64,000 bases of DNA from Patescibacteria group bacterium (lineage in GTDB: Bacteria > Patescibacteriota > Saccharimonadia > UBA4664), in the NCBI GenBank assembly GCA_028288925.1, contig JAQGHG010000012.1, positions 13,762 through 77,761 of the forward strand, read 5' to 3'. The notes below the pieces were generated by a model. That model had not been told where the DNA came from. It did not search any database and saw only the letters and a list, made by a program, of their open reading frames with translations. Position 1 is the stretch's first letter, and every line of letters starts with the position of its first letter. The position numbers were made by a program, and so were the translations under genes. This document shows positions 9,428 to 19,484 of this stretch, piece after piece.

Positions 9428-11092
9428 TCAGAGTTGGTCGATGAGCGTCGAAACCTCGGCCTCGACCACCTTGGCGTGATCGCGCTGGAGCCGGCTAAAC
9501 GGCGGCACCTCCAGGTAAAAGGTAGAGCCATGATTGAGCGTGCTTTTGCACCAGACTCTGCCATTGATCCGCTCGGCCAGCTCGAGGCAAAGATACAGCC
9601 CCAAGCCGGTGCCACCCGTCTCGCGGGTGCGGTAATTCTCCGAGCGGTAAAACTTAGTGAATAAGTGCCGCTGGTCGCCGGCCGAAATACCAATGCCGCT
9701 ATCTTGGATAGCGAAGACCACGCCGCCGTTACGGCCCGGCTCAGCCTTTAGCTGAACGCCGCCTTCCTTTGTGTACTTCAAGGCGTTGCTAATGTAATTT
9801 TGCAAAATTTCATGGATATGGTGTTCGGTAGAGAGTACGCTCGGCGTATCGGGCATCAGGAGCCTGGTAAATGACAGGCCTTTACCTTTGGCCTGCGGCG
9901 TGAAATCCTTCACCAGCTGATCGAGCAACGTCCGGGGATTCACCGGGGCCAACTGTATCGGGATATTGTCATTTTGGGCTTGGGAAAGGGTGGTAAGGTC
10001 CTTTACGATGCCCGCCAAAAAGACAGTGTTGCGGTGAGCTTGGTCTAGCATGGTTGTGATGGGGGGCGAAAAAGACGCCCTGGAAAGGAGCGCGGTCGAG
10101 AGGGCGGCCTCCACGATAGTGAGTGGGGTGCGCAATTCGTGCGAAGCTATGGCGATAAACTCTTCGCGCTGCTGGTCTAGAGACTTTTCTTTCGTAATAT
10201 CATTACAAACGATTATATAGTTGGTGTCTTTGAGATTCTTGATCGGGGTTATGGTAATGTCCAGGTCCAGATCCCGGCCGTCCACGCCGGCCATGGTCAA
10301 GTCGCGCCGACGCTGCGGCGTGGAGCTGTCCTTCAGGATACTCAGAAACTGAACGCGGCCTCGGGCCCGGTGGCGCACCGGCAGCAGGCGGGAGATATCC
10401 CGGCCGTGAAGGTTGCCCTGCGCGCCGGACAGTTCCTGAGCGGCGGCGTTCGAGAGCACCACCCGGCCCTTGGCGTCGACTACCAAAATGGCGTCGTGGA
10501 GACTGTTGACGAGCGCCAGGAGCTGGTCCCGCTCGGTCTGGTTCTCGTCGCTCAGCGACTCAAAGGCCAGACGCTCGTGCCGCTCCACATGTGTCAGGCG
10601 CTCTACCAGCAGGCCGATGGCCAAAAGTATCAGCGCGCTCAGGGCCGCGACGCGCGACGGGCCCAGCACGAGCGGTTGGAAAGGGTGGACTACCGAGATG
10701 CCGGCCACCACTAGAGCCTGGCTCACGAGCACCACGAGCATACCCCGAATGCCAAACCAGTAGGTGGCGGCAATCAGCATCAGAATCAAAAGGCCGGAGT
10801 AGGGGGTGCTGGCTTGGCCTACCAAGAGCAAAAAGATCGCCACGACGACATTATCGAGCGTGAGCATCATCACCCGCGAGGCGTAGAGCCGCGTCCGGAT
10901 CAGGGCGGGCATGTAGCGGCTAAGGTTGTAGAGGGCCGTCAGGACCAAAAATCCATAGACCAGGAGGCTCTGCGGCTGATTTAGCGGAAAGGTTACGAAA
11001 ATAATAACAATCGCCAGCCAACGAATCTGCCGGGTAATCTGCTCATAATCAGCCTCCCGGCGAGCAAGTTCGTGGTGGGCGGTGTGCTTCAT
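9428..11092 (-). CDS. Membrane PAS sensor histidine kinase
   Basis: TM region, PAS (DAILVVDAKGRVVLSNAAA), H-box ASHELRTPL, NALKYT, DSGIGI, GGTGLGL. Confidence 0.92.
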   Translation of the reverse strand: MKHTAHHELARREADYEQITRQIRWLAIVIIFVTFPLNQPQSLLVYGFLVLTALYNLSRYMPALIRTRLYASRVMMLTLDNVVVAIFLLLVGQASTPYSGLLILMLIAATYWFGIRGMLVVLVSQALVVAGISVVHPFQPLVLGPSRVAALSALILLAIGLLVERLTHVERHERLAFESLSDENQTERDQLLALVNSLHDAILVVDAKGRVVLSNAAAQELSGAQGNLHGRDISRLLPVRHRARGRVQFLSILKDSSTPQRRRDLTMAGVDGRDLDLDITITPIKNLKDTNYIIVCNDITKEKSLDQQREEFIAIASHELRTPLTIVEAALSTALLSRASFSPPITTMLDQAHRNTVFLAGIVKDLTTLSQAQNDNIPIQLAPVNPRTLLDQLVKDFTPQAKGKGLSFTRLLMPDTPSVLSTEHHIHEILQNYISNALKYTKEGGVQLKAEPGRNGGVVFAIQDSGIGISAGDQRHLFTKFYRSENYRTRETGGTGLGLYLCLELAERINGRVWCKSTLNHGSTFYLEVPPFSRLQRDHAKVVEAEVSTLIDQL

Positions 11093-11102
11093 CGGATAGG
11101 CG

Positions 11103-11513
11103 CTAGTCGGCTGCTTCGGTGGCTGGATTAGGCGGCAAGTTAAGCAGCCGGCGAATGCGCGACACGACATCCGCGATCACGACCTGCGACTTTACGAGAT
11201 AATCATCGGCGCCTAGATCCTTGGCGCGCTGCTGGTCGGAAGGTTGGCTCAAAGCCGACATCACTATAATCTTAATCTTCCGGGTCTCGGTAGTATTGCG
11301 CAATATATCCAGTACATCGAAGCCGTTCAGGCGGGGCATCATGATATCTAGCAGGATAAGCTGGGGCTTAAAATCCTTGGCGGCTTGCAGCGCGGCCTCG
11401 CCACTATCACAGTAGCGGACCTCAAAACCTTCGGCTTCCAAACGCGTCTGATAAACGCTGGCAACTGTCATATCATCCTCAACTAAGAGGATACGGGGTA
11501 AAGCTTGAGTCAT
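11103..11513 (-). CDS. Single-domain response regulator (REC only)
   Basis: ILLVEDD, LLDIMMP, DYLVKS; no output domain. Confidence 0.92.
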   Translation of the reverse strand: MTQALPRILLVEDDMTVASVYQTRLEAEGFEVRYCDSGEAALQAAKDFKPQLILLDIMMPRLNGFDVLDILRNTTETRKIKIIVMSALSQPSDQQRAKDLGADDYLVKSQVVIADVVSRIRRLLNLPPNPATEAAD

Positions 11514-11596
11514 AAGCGTATTCTAGCACCATCCTGTAAACTTGCCCAAATCATCACGGCCATACTCTTCGTAAAATAACCCCAGGGGATTTTACT

Positions 11597-12349
11597 ATGG
11601 CAAAGAAGAGCATCAAAGACAAAGTAGTCATCATTACGGGTGCCACTTCGGGCATCGGCGAGGCCACCGCCAGAGTCTTGGCCCAGGCTGGCGCCATCGT
11701 CGTCCTGGCCGGCCGGCGGCGGGAACGGCTAGAAAAGCTGCTGGCAGACATCGAAAAGAGCGGGGGACAAGCGCTAGCCGTGCCTACTGACGTCACTAAG
11801 TACGACAGCGTGCGCGGCATGGTAGACGCGGTCCAGCAAAAATATGGCAAAATCGACATATTGTTCAACAACGCCGGCGTCATGCTGCTGGGCCCGGTGA
11901 TAAACGCCGATATCACCGACTGGCAGCGCATGATCGGCACCAACCTCTACGGGCTCATCTGGTGCACCCACGCCGTTCTACCGCAGATGGTTAAGCAGGG
12001 GAGTGGCCACATCGTGCAGACCTCATCGGTGGCCGGCCGCACCGCCAAAGAAGGTAGCGCCGTGTACAACCTCACCAAGTGGGGTGTCAACGGCTTCACC
12101 GAAGGCCTACGGCAAGAGCTCGTGGAGCACAAAATTCGCACCACGCTCATAGAGCCGGGCCTGGTAGCTACGGAGCTGCGCGACCACATCACCCACCAGC
12201 CGTCTAAGCGGCAGGTGAACGAATGGGCCGGTACGGTGCGCCAGCTCCAATCCGAAGACATCGCCGAGGCGGTGCTCTACGCCGTCACCCAGCCCGACCA
12301 TGTCGACGTGAACGAGATCCTTATCCGCCCGACCGACCAGCAAGGGTAG
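11597..12349 (+). CDS. SDR family oxidoreductase
   Basis: TGATSGIG, NNAG, YNLTK. Confidence 0.92.
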   Translation: MAKKSIKDKVVIITGATSGIGEATARVLAQAGAIVVLAGRRRERLEKLLADIEKSGGQALAVPTDVTKYDSVRGMVDAVQQKYGKIDILFNNAGVMLLGPVINADITDWQRMIGTNLYGLIWCTHAVLPQMVKQGSGHIVQTSSVAGRTAKEGSAVYNLTKWGVNGFTEGLRQELVEHKIRTTLIEPGLVATELRDHITHQPSKRQVNEWAGTVRQLQSEDIAEAVLYAVTQPDHVDVNEILIRPTDQQG

Positions 12350-12398
12350 GCCGGCGGGTCAGTTCGGCGTAGCGCGATAACAATTACTACGGCCCGTC

Positions 12399-12887
12399 TC
12401 AGTCTTCGTAGACCTTGCCGCTCAGCCCCTCCAATGCCTTGAGTACGCCTTCGGCGCCGGGATTCACGCCCACCGGCGAAATATAGCTCCAGGCGATAAG
12501 ACCATCCTTGTCAATCACGTACAGGGCACGCTCGGCCTCACCTTCGCTCTCGCGGTAGCTCTGGTAGCGCCGGGCCACTTCGCCTTTAGGGTGGAAGTCG
12601 GCCAACAAAGGGAAACGCAAATTATTCTCGCGGGCGAACGCCAAGTGGCACCACGCGCTATCTACTGATATACCGAGCAATTGCGCGGCATGTTTTTGCA
12701 GCTCGGGGAGGATCTCATTGAATAGCGAGACCTCGCTGCCACAAATAGGGCTGAAGTCCGCCGGGTAAAACATCAAAACTACCGGACGTCCCCGCAGTTC
12801 CTTAAGCGATACATCCTGGTCCGGCGTATCTCGTAGTTTAAAGCCGGGCGCTTCAGCCCCGGATGCTAAAGGGGTGTTCGTACTCAT
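12399..12887 (-). CDS. Peroxiredoxin (AhpC/TSA, AhpE-like)
   Basis: FYPADFSPICGSE, GISVDS, FPLLADF, ERALYVID. Confidence 0.88.
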   Translation of the reverse strand: MSTNTPLASGAEAPGFKLRDTPDQDVSLKELRGRPVVLMFYPADFSPICGSEVSLFNEILPELQKHAAQLLGISVDSAWCHLAFARENNLRFPLLADFHPKGEVARRYQSYRESEGEAERALYVIDKDGLIAWSYISPVGVNPGAEGVLKALEGLSGKVYED

Positions 12888-12893
12888 AATCCG

Positions 12894-13430
12894 CTAGCTC
12901 CTCATCACCCCGGCCGCGGCATAGACGGCCTCTCGCAGCGCCCCGTACTGGTACCATTGGTCATGCCGGTGGTCATTAACGAAGAACGTCGGTGTGCCGT
13001 TCACGCCGCTGCGCACGCCACTCATAAAGTCTTCGCGCACCCGCCGCTCGGCTTTGCCCGATTCCGTATCGTGGATAAACCTCTCCACGTCCAGTTCCAG
13101 CAACGTCGCGTAAGTAACGAGGTGGTCCGTACCCAGGGCGCCTTGGTGCTCAAACAAGACATCGTGCATGGGCCAAAATGCTCCCTGAAATCCAGCCGCT
13201 TCAGCCGCCAGGGCAGCCCGTAGCGCGTGAGGATGAACTTGAGCCAAAGGAAAGTTACGAAACACAAACCGTAGTTCATCTCCCAATTCTGCTTGCAGCC
13301 GCTTCACAATGACATACGCCTGTCCGCAGTAGGGGCATTCATAATCACCATACTCCAACAGCGTCACGGGCGCGTACGCGCTGCCCTGAGCGTGATCCCT
13401 AACGCCCACCGGCATGACCAATTCACTCAT
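12894..13430 (-). CDS. DsbA-like thioredoxin-fold protein
   Basis: EYGDYECPYC, FRNFPL, GVNGTPTFF. Confidence 0.9.
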   Translation of the reverse strand: MSELVMPVGVRDHAQGSAYAPVTLLEYGDYECPYCGQAYVIVKRLQAELGDELRFVFRNFPLAQVHPHALRAALAAEAAGFQGAFWPMHDVLFEHQGALGTDHLVTYATLLELDVERFIHDTESGKAERRVREDFMSGVRSGVNGTPTFFVNDHRHDQWYQYGALREAVYAAAGVMRS

Positions 13431-13598
13431 AACTACCCCTCGCTACGCATCCAATATTTCAATGGTACGCCCATGGCGAGTCCATACTAGGCGCAAACTC
13501 CCACAACTCAAGCACACATTAAAAGTAATTCCGTTAGTTTAGCCGATGCAACGGAGCCGCCGGAGAGATACGCTTTTCGCATGCTAGGGGAACACATC

Positions 13599-14057
13599 AT
13601 GCAACTATTATCATGGAATCCATTACGAGAACTCGCCCGCGAGCAGGACCGCCTCGACCGTTTACTCAATGATAGTTTCGGCAGCGGCGCCTTGAGTCAA
13701 GTCAGCCTGCCCGCCACCGACGTCTATGAGCAGGGCGGCAGATTAATCGTTGAGGTGTCATTGCCCAACTTTGACCAAAAAGACATCGAAGTGAACCTCA
13801 GCGACCGGGGCCTGGAAATCAAAGCCGAACGCGGCACCGACAACGAGGTTCAAAAGCGCAAATACCTGGTGCGCGAAAGCTCGTATGGCAGCTTCTATCG
13901 GTTCATTACGCTACCTGCCGACGCCGACCGGGACAAGGCCGTCTCTTCGTTTGACCAAGGCATTTTGAGGGTCGAGATTCCCCTCAACGAGCGGTCCCAA
14001 CCCAAGCGGCTCTCCATTTCCGGTGGCAAAGATTCAAACAAGCGCTCCGAATATTAG
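13599..14057 (+). CDS. Hsp20/alpha-crystallin small heat-shock protein
   Basis: PATDVYE, RESSYGSFYRFITLP, FDQGILRV. Confidence 0.9.
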   Translation: MQLLSWNPLRELAREQDRLDRLLNDSFGSGALSQVSLPATDVYEQGGRLIVEVSLPNFDQKDIEVNLSDRGLEIKAERGTDNEVQKRKYLVRESSYGSFYRFITLPADADRDKAVSSFDQGILRVEIPLNERSQPKRLSISGGKDSNKRSEY

Positions 14058-14131
14058 CGACAAAAGGGGTAAATTACTTCCTATTTTTAAGCCAGAGAGC
14101 GCAATCTCACATTTTTTGTTATCATATGGCC

Positions 14132-14959
14132 ATGATTAGAGCCATAATTTCAGATGCAGACGGCACACTTGTCAATACTGTGTATCTTATCCGCCACGGG
14201 CAATACGAAGTAGCCGTAGAGTATCTCATCGGTCGCGGCATACCCCACCACGACATCCCAAGCTACGAGATCTATGAAAGCTTCATCAACAAGGCGGTGG
14301 GAGGGAGTACGCGGGAAACCTTCGAAAAGACTATTCGCCTTCTCTTCAGCCGGACCCACGAGCGCCACCTCGACAAGATAGACTTTGATGAGCTCGATAA
14401 GCGGCTGGCGCCCGTCCAGGACAGAATCGCACCGCTCTACGTCCACCCCTTCCACGGTCTGACCGAATTATTCACCTGGCTTGGCTCCAGCAAGACGAGT
14501 TTAGGTATCTTTACTAGTGGAGACCGCCGCATGATTATCCGTAATTTTGGGGTAAGTCTGCCGGTTATGGGCTATACCAACCTTTTCAAAGCGGACGAAA
14601 CCGATGTAGGCGAAAGACTCAACGCTTTCATCGCGCGCGCCAAGGCAGTTTATGGGATGCCCCATCTCACCGTGGTGACATGCGAAGATGTCACCAAGAC
14701 TAAGCCCGATCCAGAGGGAATTCTCACACTCATGAGTCAGATGGAGCTTGCCGCCGATGAAGTCATCGTCCTCGGAGACCATGCCGTAGATATGCAAGCC
14801 GCGGCAGCGGCCGGCGTCCCCGGTATTGGTATATCGCATGGCTTTGGAACACCGGCCGAGCTCAAAGAAGCCGGTGCCATCCGCGTAGTGGACGACATCG
14901 CTTCGCTACCCCGAATGATCGAAGCCCACAATAGCGGCCAGAAGCTGCTCTTTTCTTAA
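14132..14959 (+). CDS. HAD family hydrolase
   Basis: DADGTL, KPDPEG, LGDHAVDM. Confidence 0.88.
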   Translation: MIRAIISDADGTLVNTVYLIRHGQYEVAVEYLIGRGIPHHDIPSYEIYESFINKAVGGSTRETFEKTIRLLFSRTHERHLDKIDFDELDKRLAPVQDRIAPLYVHPFHGLTELFTWLGSSKTSLGIFTSGDRRMIIRNFGVSLPVMGYTNLFKADETDVGERLNAFIARAKAVYGMPHLTVVTCEDVTKTKPDPEGILTLMSQMELAADEVIVLGDHAVDMQAAAAAGVPGIGISHGFGTPAELKEAGAIRVVDDIASLPRMIEAHNSGQKLLFS

Positions 14960-15540
14960 GCAGTCTTACCGGCTAGCAGCTCGACCCCGAATTCCTTCAA
15001 CAACACCGACAATCGGCACAAGGGGAGCCCCACCACTGTCAGATAGTCTCCCTCGACCCGTTCGATAAATACGGCGGCGGTAGACTGAATACCGTAGCCT
15101 CCCGCCAGGCCCTGCCAGTCAGCCGTGTCGGCGTAGCGTTCGATCTCTGCCGCCTCCAACTGACGGAAAAACACCTTGGTCTCCAGGCTCTCGGTGACGA
15201 CACGGTCACCCTCGATAATCGCCAGGCCCGAAAAAGCCGAATGCGAGCGGCCGCTCAGAGCCGTGAGCGTCTCGATCAGCTCGGCCCGGTCCGTTTGCTT
15301 GCCGATCACCCGGCCGTCGAGCGCTATGAGCGTATCGGACCCGATAACCACAGCTTCCGGATGCTTGTCGGCCACCCACTGGGCTTTCCCCAGCGCTAGC
15401 TGTGCCACGAGCTCGCCCGGCGGCAAGTCGATCGAATTATCTTCTTCAAACTCACTGGCGATTACTTCAAACGGCGCACCGGTCAGAGCGAGGAGCTCTT
15501 TGCGGCGCGGAGAGGAGGAGGCGAGAATGAGATGTTTCAT
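14956..15540 (-). CDS. maf: Maf family nucleotide pyrophosphatase
   Basis: LILASSSPRRKELL, GSDT, AGGYGIQ, VVGLPL. Confidence 0.92.
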   Translation of the reverse strand: MKHLILASSSPRRKELLALTGAPFEVIASEFEEDNSIDLPPGELVAQLALGKAQWVADKHPEAVVIGSDTLIALDGRVIGKQTDRAELIETLTALSGRSHSAFSGLAIIEGDRVVTESLETKVFFRQLEAAEIERYADTADWQGLAGGYGIQSTAAVFIERVEGDYLTVVGLPLCRLSVLLKEFGVELLAGKTA

Positions 15541-15743
15541 GCCCCCATAGTAACATTTCGGCCTCCCTAACGTGCTCTCCAAACCCACGATTAGGAAAAA
15601 TCCCAGAAGTCTGGTATAATAAAGCCAATCTAGAAACAAGCACCCTGCTTGTCGATTTCGTTTAAAGCCGTGGTACCTCGAGCGGCTCACACTCAATCTT
15701 ATTCCAGAGCAACTAATTACAAGCTTTCGGGTAAGGAGAAAAT

Positions 15744-16040
15744 ATGGCTGCAAACAAGCTATTTATCGGTTCATTAGGATTTAACGTAACAGAAGACCAG
15801 CTCAGGGAGCTGTTTGAGACCGCCGGCACCGTCACCAGCGCCAGCATCATCAAAGACCGCGACACTGACCGCTCCAAGGGCTTCGGCTTCGTAGAGATGG
15901 GTTCAGACGACGAGGCTCAGGCCGCTATCAGCAGCCTGAACGGCAAAGAGCTCGAAGGCCGCGCGATCATCGTAAACATCGCCAAGCCCAAGGAAGACCG
16001 CTCGAGCCGTCCCAGCTTTGGTGGACCTCGCCGCTACTAA
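15744..16040 (+). CDS. RRM RNA-binding protein
   Basis: KLFIGSL (RNP2), SKGFGFVEM (RNP1); AAGGAG RBS. Confidence 0.93.
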   Translation: MAANKLFIGSLGFNVTEDQLRELFETAGTVTSASIIKDRDTDRSKGFGFVEMGSDDEAQAAISSLNGKELEGRAIIVNIAKPKEDRSSRPSFGGPRRY

Positions 16041-16058
16041 TAGCCGGCGAAACCACTA

Positions 16059-16382
16059 ATGCGATTCTTCCTCCCTCACACCGGCAAAGGTGAAGCCGAG
16101 GCGGCCTATCAAGAGATCAAAAAATCTCTGAGCAGCCAATTCCGCCTCCCTCTGCTGGAAAGCCGGATATTCAGCCTTAGCTATACCAATAGCAAGAAGA
16201 AGTGGTATGCCGAAGTGGGACAACTGGAAGAGCAAGAGGGCCAATACGAGATCCTGGCCATCTTCGAGTCAAAGCAGTACATCGTCTTCACCCGCACCAA
16301 GCAGGGAGGCGCCGGCCCCATCATCGTGGTGGACAAAGCCGAAGTCACAGACATCGAAAATTTCGAAATGGTTGCGAGCTAG
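16059..16382 (+). CDS. Hypothetical protein
   Basis: Clean 107-aa ORF after the RRM gene, followed by a terminator. Confidence 0.65.
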   Translation: MRFFLPHTGKGEAEAAYQEIKKSLSSQFRLPLLESRIFSLSYTNSKKKWYAEVGQLEEQEGQYEILAIFESKQYIVFTRTKQGGAGPIIVVDKAEVTDIENFEMVAS

Positions 16383-16401
16383 GCCAGCCCGCATCCCGAC
16401 G

Positions 16402-16441
16402 GAACCAAAAAAAGAGACCACCCGGTCTCTTTTTTTGGTTC
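16402..16441. terminator. Bidirectional intrinsic terminator
   Basis: GAACCAAAAAAAGAGACC-accc-GGTCTCTTTTTTTGGTTC perfect inverted repeat between convergent genes. Confidence 0.85.
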
Positions 16442-16591
16442 TATGGGCAAGAATATAGGCCCGCACACTCAGTGTACAGGCCTTTATACGTTGCGTTATG
16501 TGCAGAAATCTCATCGAGATATTACTTTCGGCCGAATACGGCCAACCAATCGAGCCTTGCCCGGTAACTCTTCTTTCACCGGCGTCAAGCC

Positions 16592-17470
16592 TTACAGGCG
16601 CTTAAATGACCGCCCGTCCAGTACGATCTCCGAGTGAGGCGGCAGGTTTAGTACCCGCTCGTCGCTCTCGATACCGAGGAACGGATGATCCCGCTCGACG
16701 ACAAACCCGATCCCTTGGTACGCGAACGGCGAGGCCGAAGGGTCGTCTCCGTAGCAATCGTCGACGTCGGTCCATCCCTCGAGCTCCGCGCAGACTTGGG
16801 GGTACAGTGCGACATCGCGGACGATCTCGCACTCGAGGCGCGGGTCGTTTACGATGGGGCGCTCGACAGTGACGGAGGCGAGGAGAACCGGCTGGTTGTG
16901 TCGGAACTCGATGCTTCCATCGGCCGGATATGCCCGGTTCTTGAGCCACGAGACCGTCCAGCTCTGCCTGGGAGTGGCCCAGATCTCGTAGATGGAGAGG
17001 TTCGCTCCCGGAACGTCGCTGTAGAGCGATTTCGTGCGCCTGTTACTCACTTCGATCGTCTCCAGCCGACCGAAGAACGGCGACTGATTGACGGCCGAGG
17101 CGATCAACGCGACGGTGCCCATCCAGCCCGAGTGCATGACCTGCTCGCTTCCTCGTTTCCCGCCTTGCGGGTTGAGAGGGTCGCGAAAGGTCAGACAGAC
17201 CGAGCGGATGAAGTTGCCATCCATGAGCTCGAAGCTCGCGAGCGGCCGCAGGCCCTTGACGGCCGAGCGGAGGTACAGGTACAGCCCTGTAGTGGGGTAG
17301 TACACCGTACTGCGGGGCGGGTCCAACGCGACGAAGTCGCGCTTGCCCTTGAACTGCCCGATTTCGTGGAGTAGAGCCACGACTCGGCAGAATGACCGAC
17401 GTTCTATGGCCCCGAAATAGGGATCGGTCGCTACGTGCGGCCAGATCCACGGGGGCAGCGCAGAAGACAC
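16592..17470 (-). CDS. Hypothetical protein (ORFan)
   Basis: 292-aa ORF, GTG start with AGGAGG RBS; no recognisable motif. Confidence 0.6.
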   Translation of the reverse strand: MSSALPPWIWPHVATDPYFGAIERRSFCRVVALLHEIGQFKGKRDFVALDPPRSTVYYPTTGLYLYLRSAVKGLRPLASFELMDGNFIRSVCLTFRDPLNPQGGKRGSEQVMHSGWMGTVALIASAVNQSPFFGRLETIEVSNRRTKSLYSDVPGANLSIYEIWATPRQSWTVSWLKNRAYPADGSIEFRHNQPVLLASVTVERPIVNDPRLECEIVRDVALYPQVCAELEGWTDVDDCYGDDPSASPFAYQGIGFVVERDHPFLGIESDERVLNLPPHSEIVLDGRSFKRL

Positions 17471-17598
17471 GGGTCCTCCTGGGAGATTGAACGTACACCA
17501 CGACGAGTGTCGCAGATTTCTTAACTATAACATAAATGCTAGAATTATACAATCTTATGGCGCCCTACCCTCTATGTTTTCAAAATGCAGCCCAAACC

Positions 17599-17724
17599 TA
17601 CGGGTGGCAGCCCAGGAATATCTCCCCGAGGAAGCGAGTGCGGGTACTGATACCGGTAACACCGAAGAGAAGGATAGCGTTCGCTCGCCCGAGGGGAGGT
17701 ATTCCTGGGCTGACAGGACCCGTA
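17599..17724 (+). repeat. Structured intergenic repeat, full-length copy A (126 nt)
   Basis: TACGGGTGGCAG...CTGACAGGACCCGTA; long terminal stem; same length as and alignable to 57865-57990. Confidence 0.85.
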
Positions 17725-17738
17725 TCCCGAGCGCGGCG

Positions 17739-19484
17739 TTATTCCTTCACCCGTCCATCCGCCAGACACCGCGCATCCGCCGGCTTCCCACTCAGCCGCC
17801 CGGTGATGTCCACAAACGTCATTGGGTTCTCGCGCCCGTCGGCATAGGCGTAGTAGCAATCGGGCAGGTAGGGGAGACTGGTCCCGAAGTAACTGTTGAG
17901 CACCAGCCGAAACACGTTCGCCGAGTCCGCCGCGCCCGCGTCCTTGCTCCAGTCTACCGCCGGAATATGATAGGCCGCCAGATTCCCAAACTTCATTTGC
18001 AGGTCGGCGTCCGTCCATTTGCGCATATCACCGGCCCGTAGCTCACCCTCTACTCTGTCGACGTCGAATTGCTCATGGTTGAGCTGCATTGGGTAGGGCC
18101 CCTCGTCTGCCTGCAGCACCACTATTGATTTGCCCTGGCCGGAGCGGTCAATCTCGCTTAGGATGTCCTTCATTTGGCTATTAATGAACTGCACCTGGCC
18201 CAGATACTTCTGCTTGATCGGCTTGCCGTTATTATCATCACCCGGGTTGGCCGAGACCGAGCCGTCGGCGTTAAAGTTGTAGGGATCGTGCGGCACCAAG
18301 ATATGCGCGAATACAAACCGCCCACCCGCCGGCTTGGCTGCTTCTTGCCGGAGTGTTTGGAGTTGGTAATGGGCCATATCCACGTCGCCCATATTGGCGT
18401 AGCTAAAAGCCGTAAACCCGCCCAGGCCCAGACCCGGCTGCACAAACCGCCACCAGGGGCTCTCGGTCAAAATATTCTTCGAGAAGTTATTCAAAATTAC
18501 ATCAGCATTCATAATGGTCATCCGCCCTGTGCCCTGGTACACCCGGTCGGCCACATCTGACTTATTGGAGGTCTCGTACCAGTTGCCGATCATATCGTAT
18601 GAGTAACCCAGCGATTTCAGCTTTTGGGCGATGGCCGAATTGCGGATGGTCTCATTAAACGGCACAATTGTCTGCCGCGGCGAGGTCCCAAACCGCCCGA
18701 CCAGATCGTTCAAATAATCGGCGTTCATGGTAGAGGCAATCGACATCGTGGTGTAGGGGTAATTATTATGCGCCGACGGGTTCACATAGTAATCCCGGTC
18801 TTTTAAGAAATTCAAGAAGTCCGAATTATCAAAATGAAACTGTTGATTCAGCACGTCCTCGCTGGCGTAGCGGTCAAGCACGATGTAATAAATATCCGGC
18901 GAATCAGCCATCGTCGGCTTGGCGGTAGCCTGGGCCGCGATGTGCGGCGGCTTGTAGAAAAACTGCGGCCATTCCACGGCCAGATCCCACGCTAGCGGGA
19001 CGGCCTTAAAGCCAAACGTCGCGACAATCATAATGAGCAGCGCGATCTGGACATCGCGCTGTTTGCCGACCCAGCGCCGCGCCGCGCCGGCCGCCACCCG
19101 GCCCAACCAGTAGGCGCCAATGCAGGTGAGGCCGATCATCAGCAGGCTGCCTACCACGCCTACCATTCCCACGGGTTCCTTGGGTAAGAAGAGCCAGCCA
19201 TGAATCCACTGGTAGACCGTGTCGAAACGATCGTCGTACTCACCCGAAAGCACCAAGGCTACAAGCACCGCCGCTACGTAACCGCCGAGCTGGTCCCGGC
19301 GCCACACACGGTAAAACCCGGCGCTGATAGCCGTGGCCGTAAGCAGAGTCAAAATTACAGGCACCACCAGGTCTTGGGCGGTTACTTGGTAGCGGTTGCC
19401 CAAGAATGTCGAGATAGGCGACAGCAGCGCCACCATCGCCACCGGCGCCCACAGCTTTAGGCCGGCTGGGAGTCTAAACTTCAT
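17739..19484 (-). CDS. Membrane sulfatase/alkaline-phosphatase-fold protein (NoeB/LtaS-like)
   Basis: 5 N-terminal TM helices; PDIYYIVLD, NYPYTTMS, HILVPHDPY, LQADEG. Confidence 0.78.
   Translation of the reverse strand: MKFRLPAGLKLWAPVAMVALLSPISTFLGNRYQVTAQDLVVPVILTLLTATAISAGFYRVWRRDQLGGYVAAVLVALVLSGEYDDRFDTVYQWIHGWLFLPKEPVGMVGVVGSLLMIGLTCIGAYWLGRVAAGAARRWVGKQRDVQIALLIMIVATFGFKAVPLAWDLAVEWPQFFYKPPHIAAQATAKPTMADSPDIYYIVLDRYASEDVLNQQFHFDNSDFLNFLKDRDYYVNPSAHNNYPYTTMSIASTMNADYLNDLVGRFGTSPRQTIVPFNETIRNSAIAQKLKSLGYSYDMIGNWYETSNKSDVADRVYQGTGRMTIMNADVILNNFSKNILTESPWWRFVQPGLGLGGFTAFSYANMGDVDMAHYQLQTLRQEAAKPAGGRFVFAHILVPHDPYNFNADGSVSANPGDDNNGKPIKQKYLGQVQFINSQMKDILSEIDRSGQGKSIVVLQADEGPYPMQLNHEQFDVDRVEGELRAGDMRKWTDADLQMKFGNLAAYHIPAVDWSKDAGAADSANVFRLVLNSYFGTSLPYLPDCYYAYADGRENPMTFVDITGRLSGKPADARCLADGRVKE

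Noticed and set aside
17597-17611. CCTACGGGTGGCAGC matches the first 15 nt of the 16S primer 341F
   Set aside because: The flanks are not rRNA-like, the primer 3' end mismatches, and the sequence is the left end of a base-paired repeat; treated as coincidence
17647-17670. CTGATA...GAAG in the repeat core resembles a hammerhead ribozyme core
   Set aside because: It lacks CUGANGA and GAAA, and copy E has CAGATA
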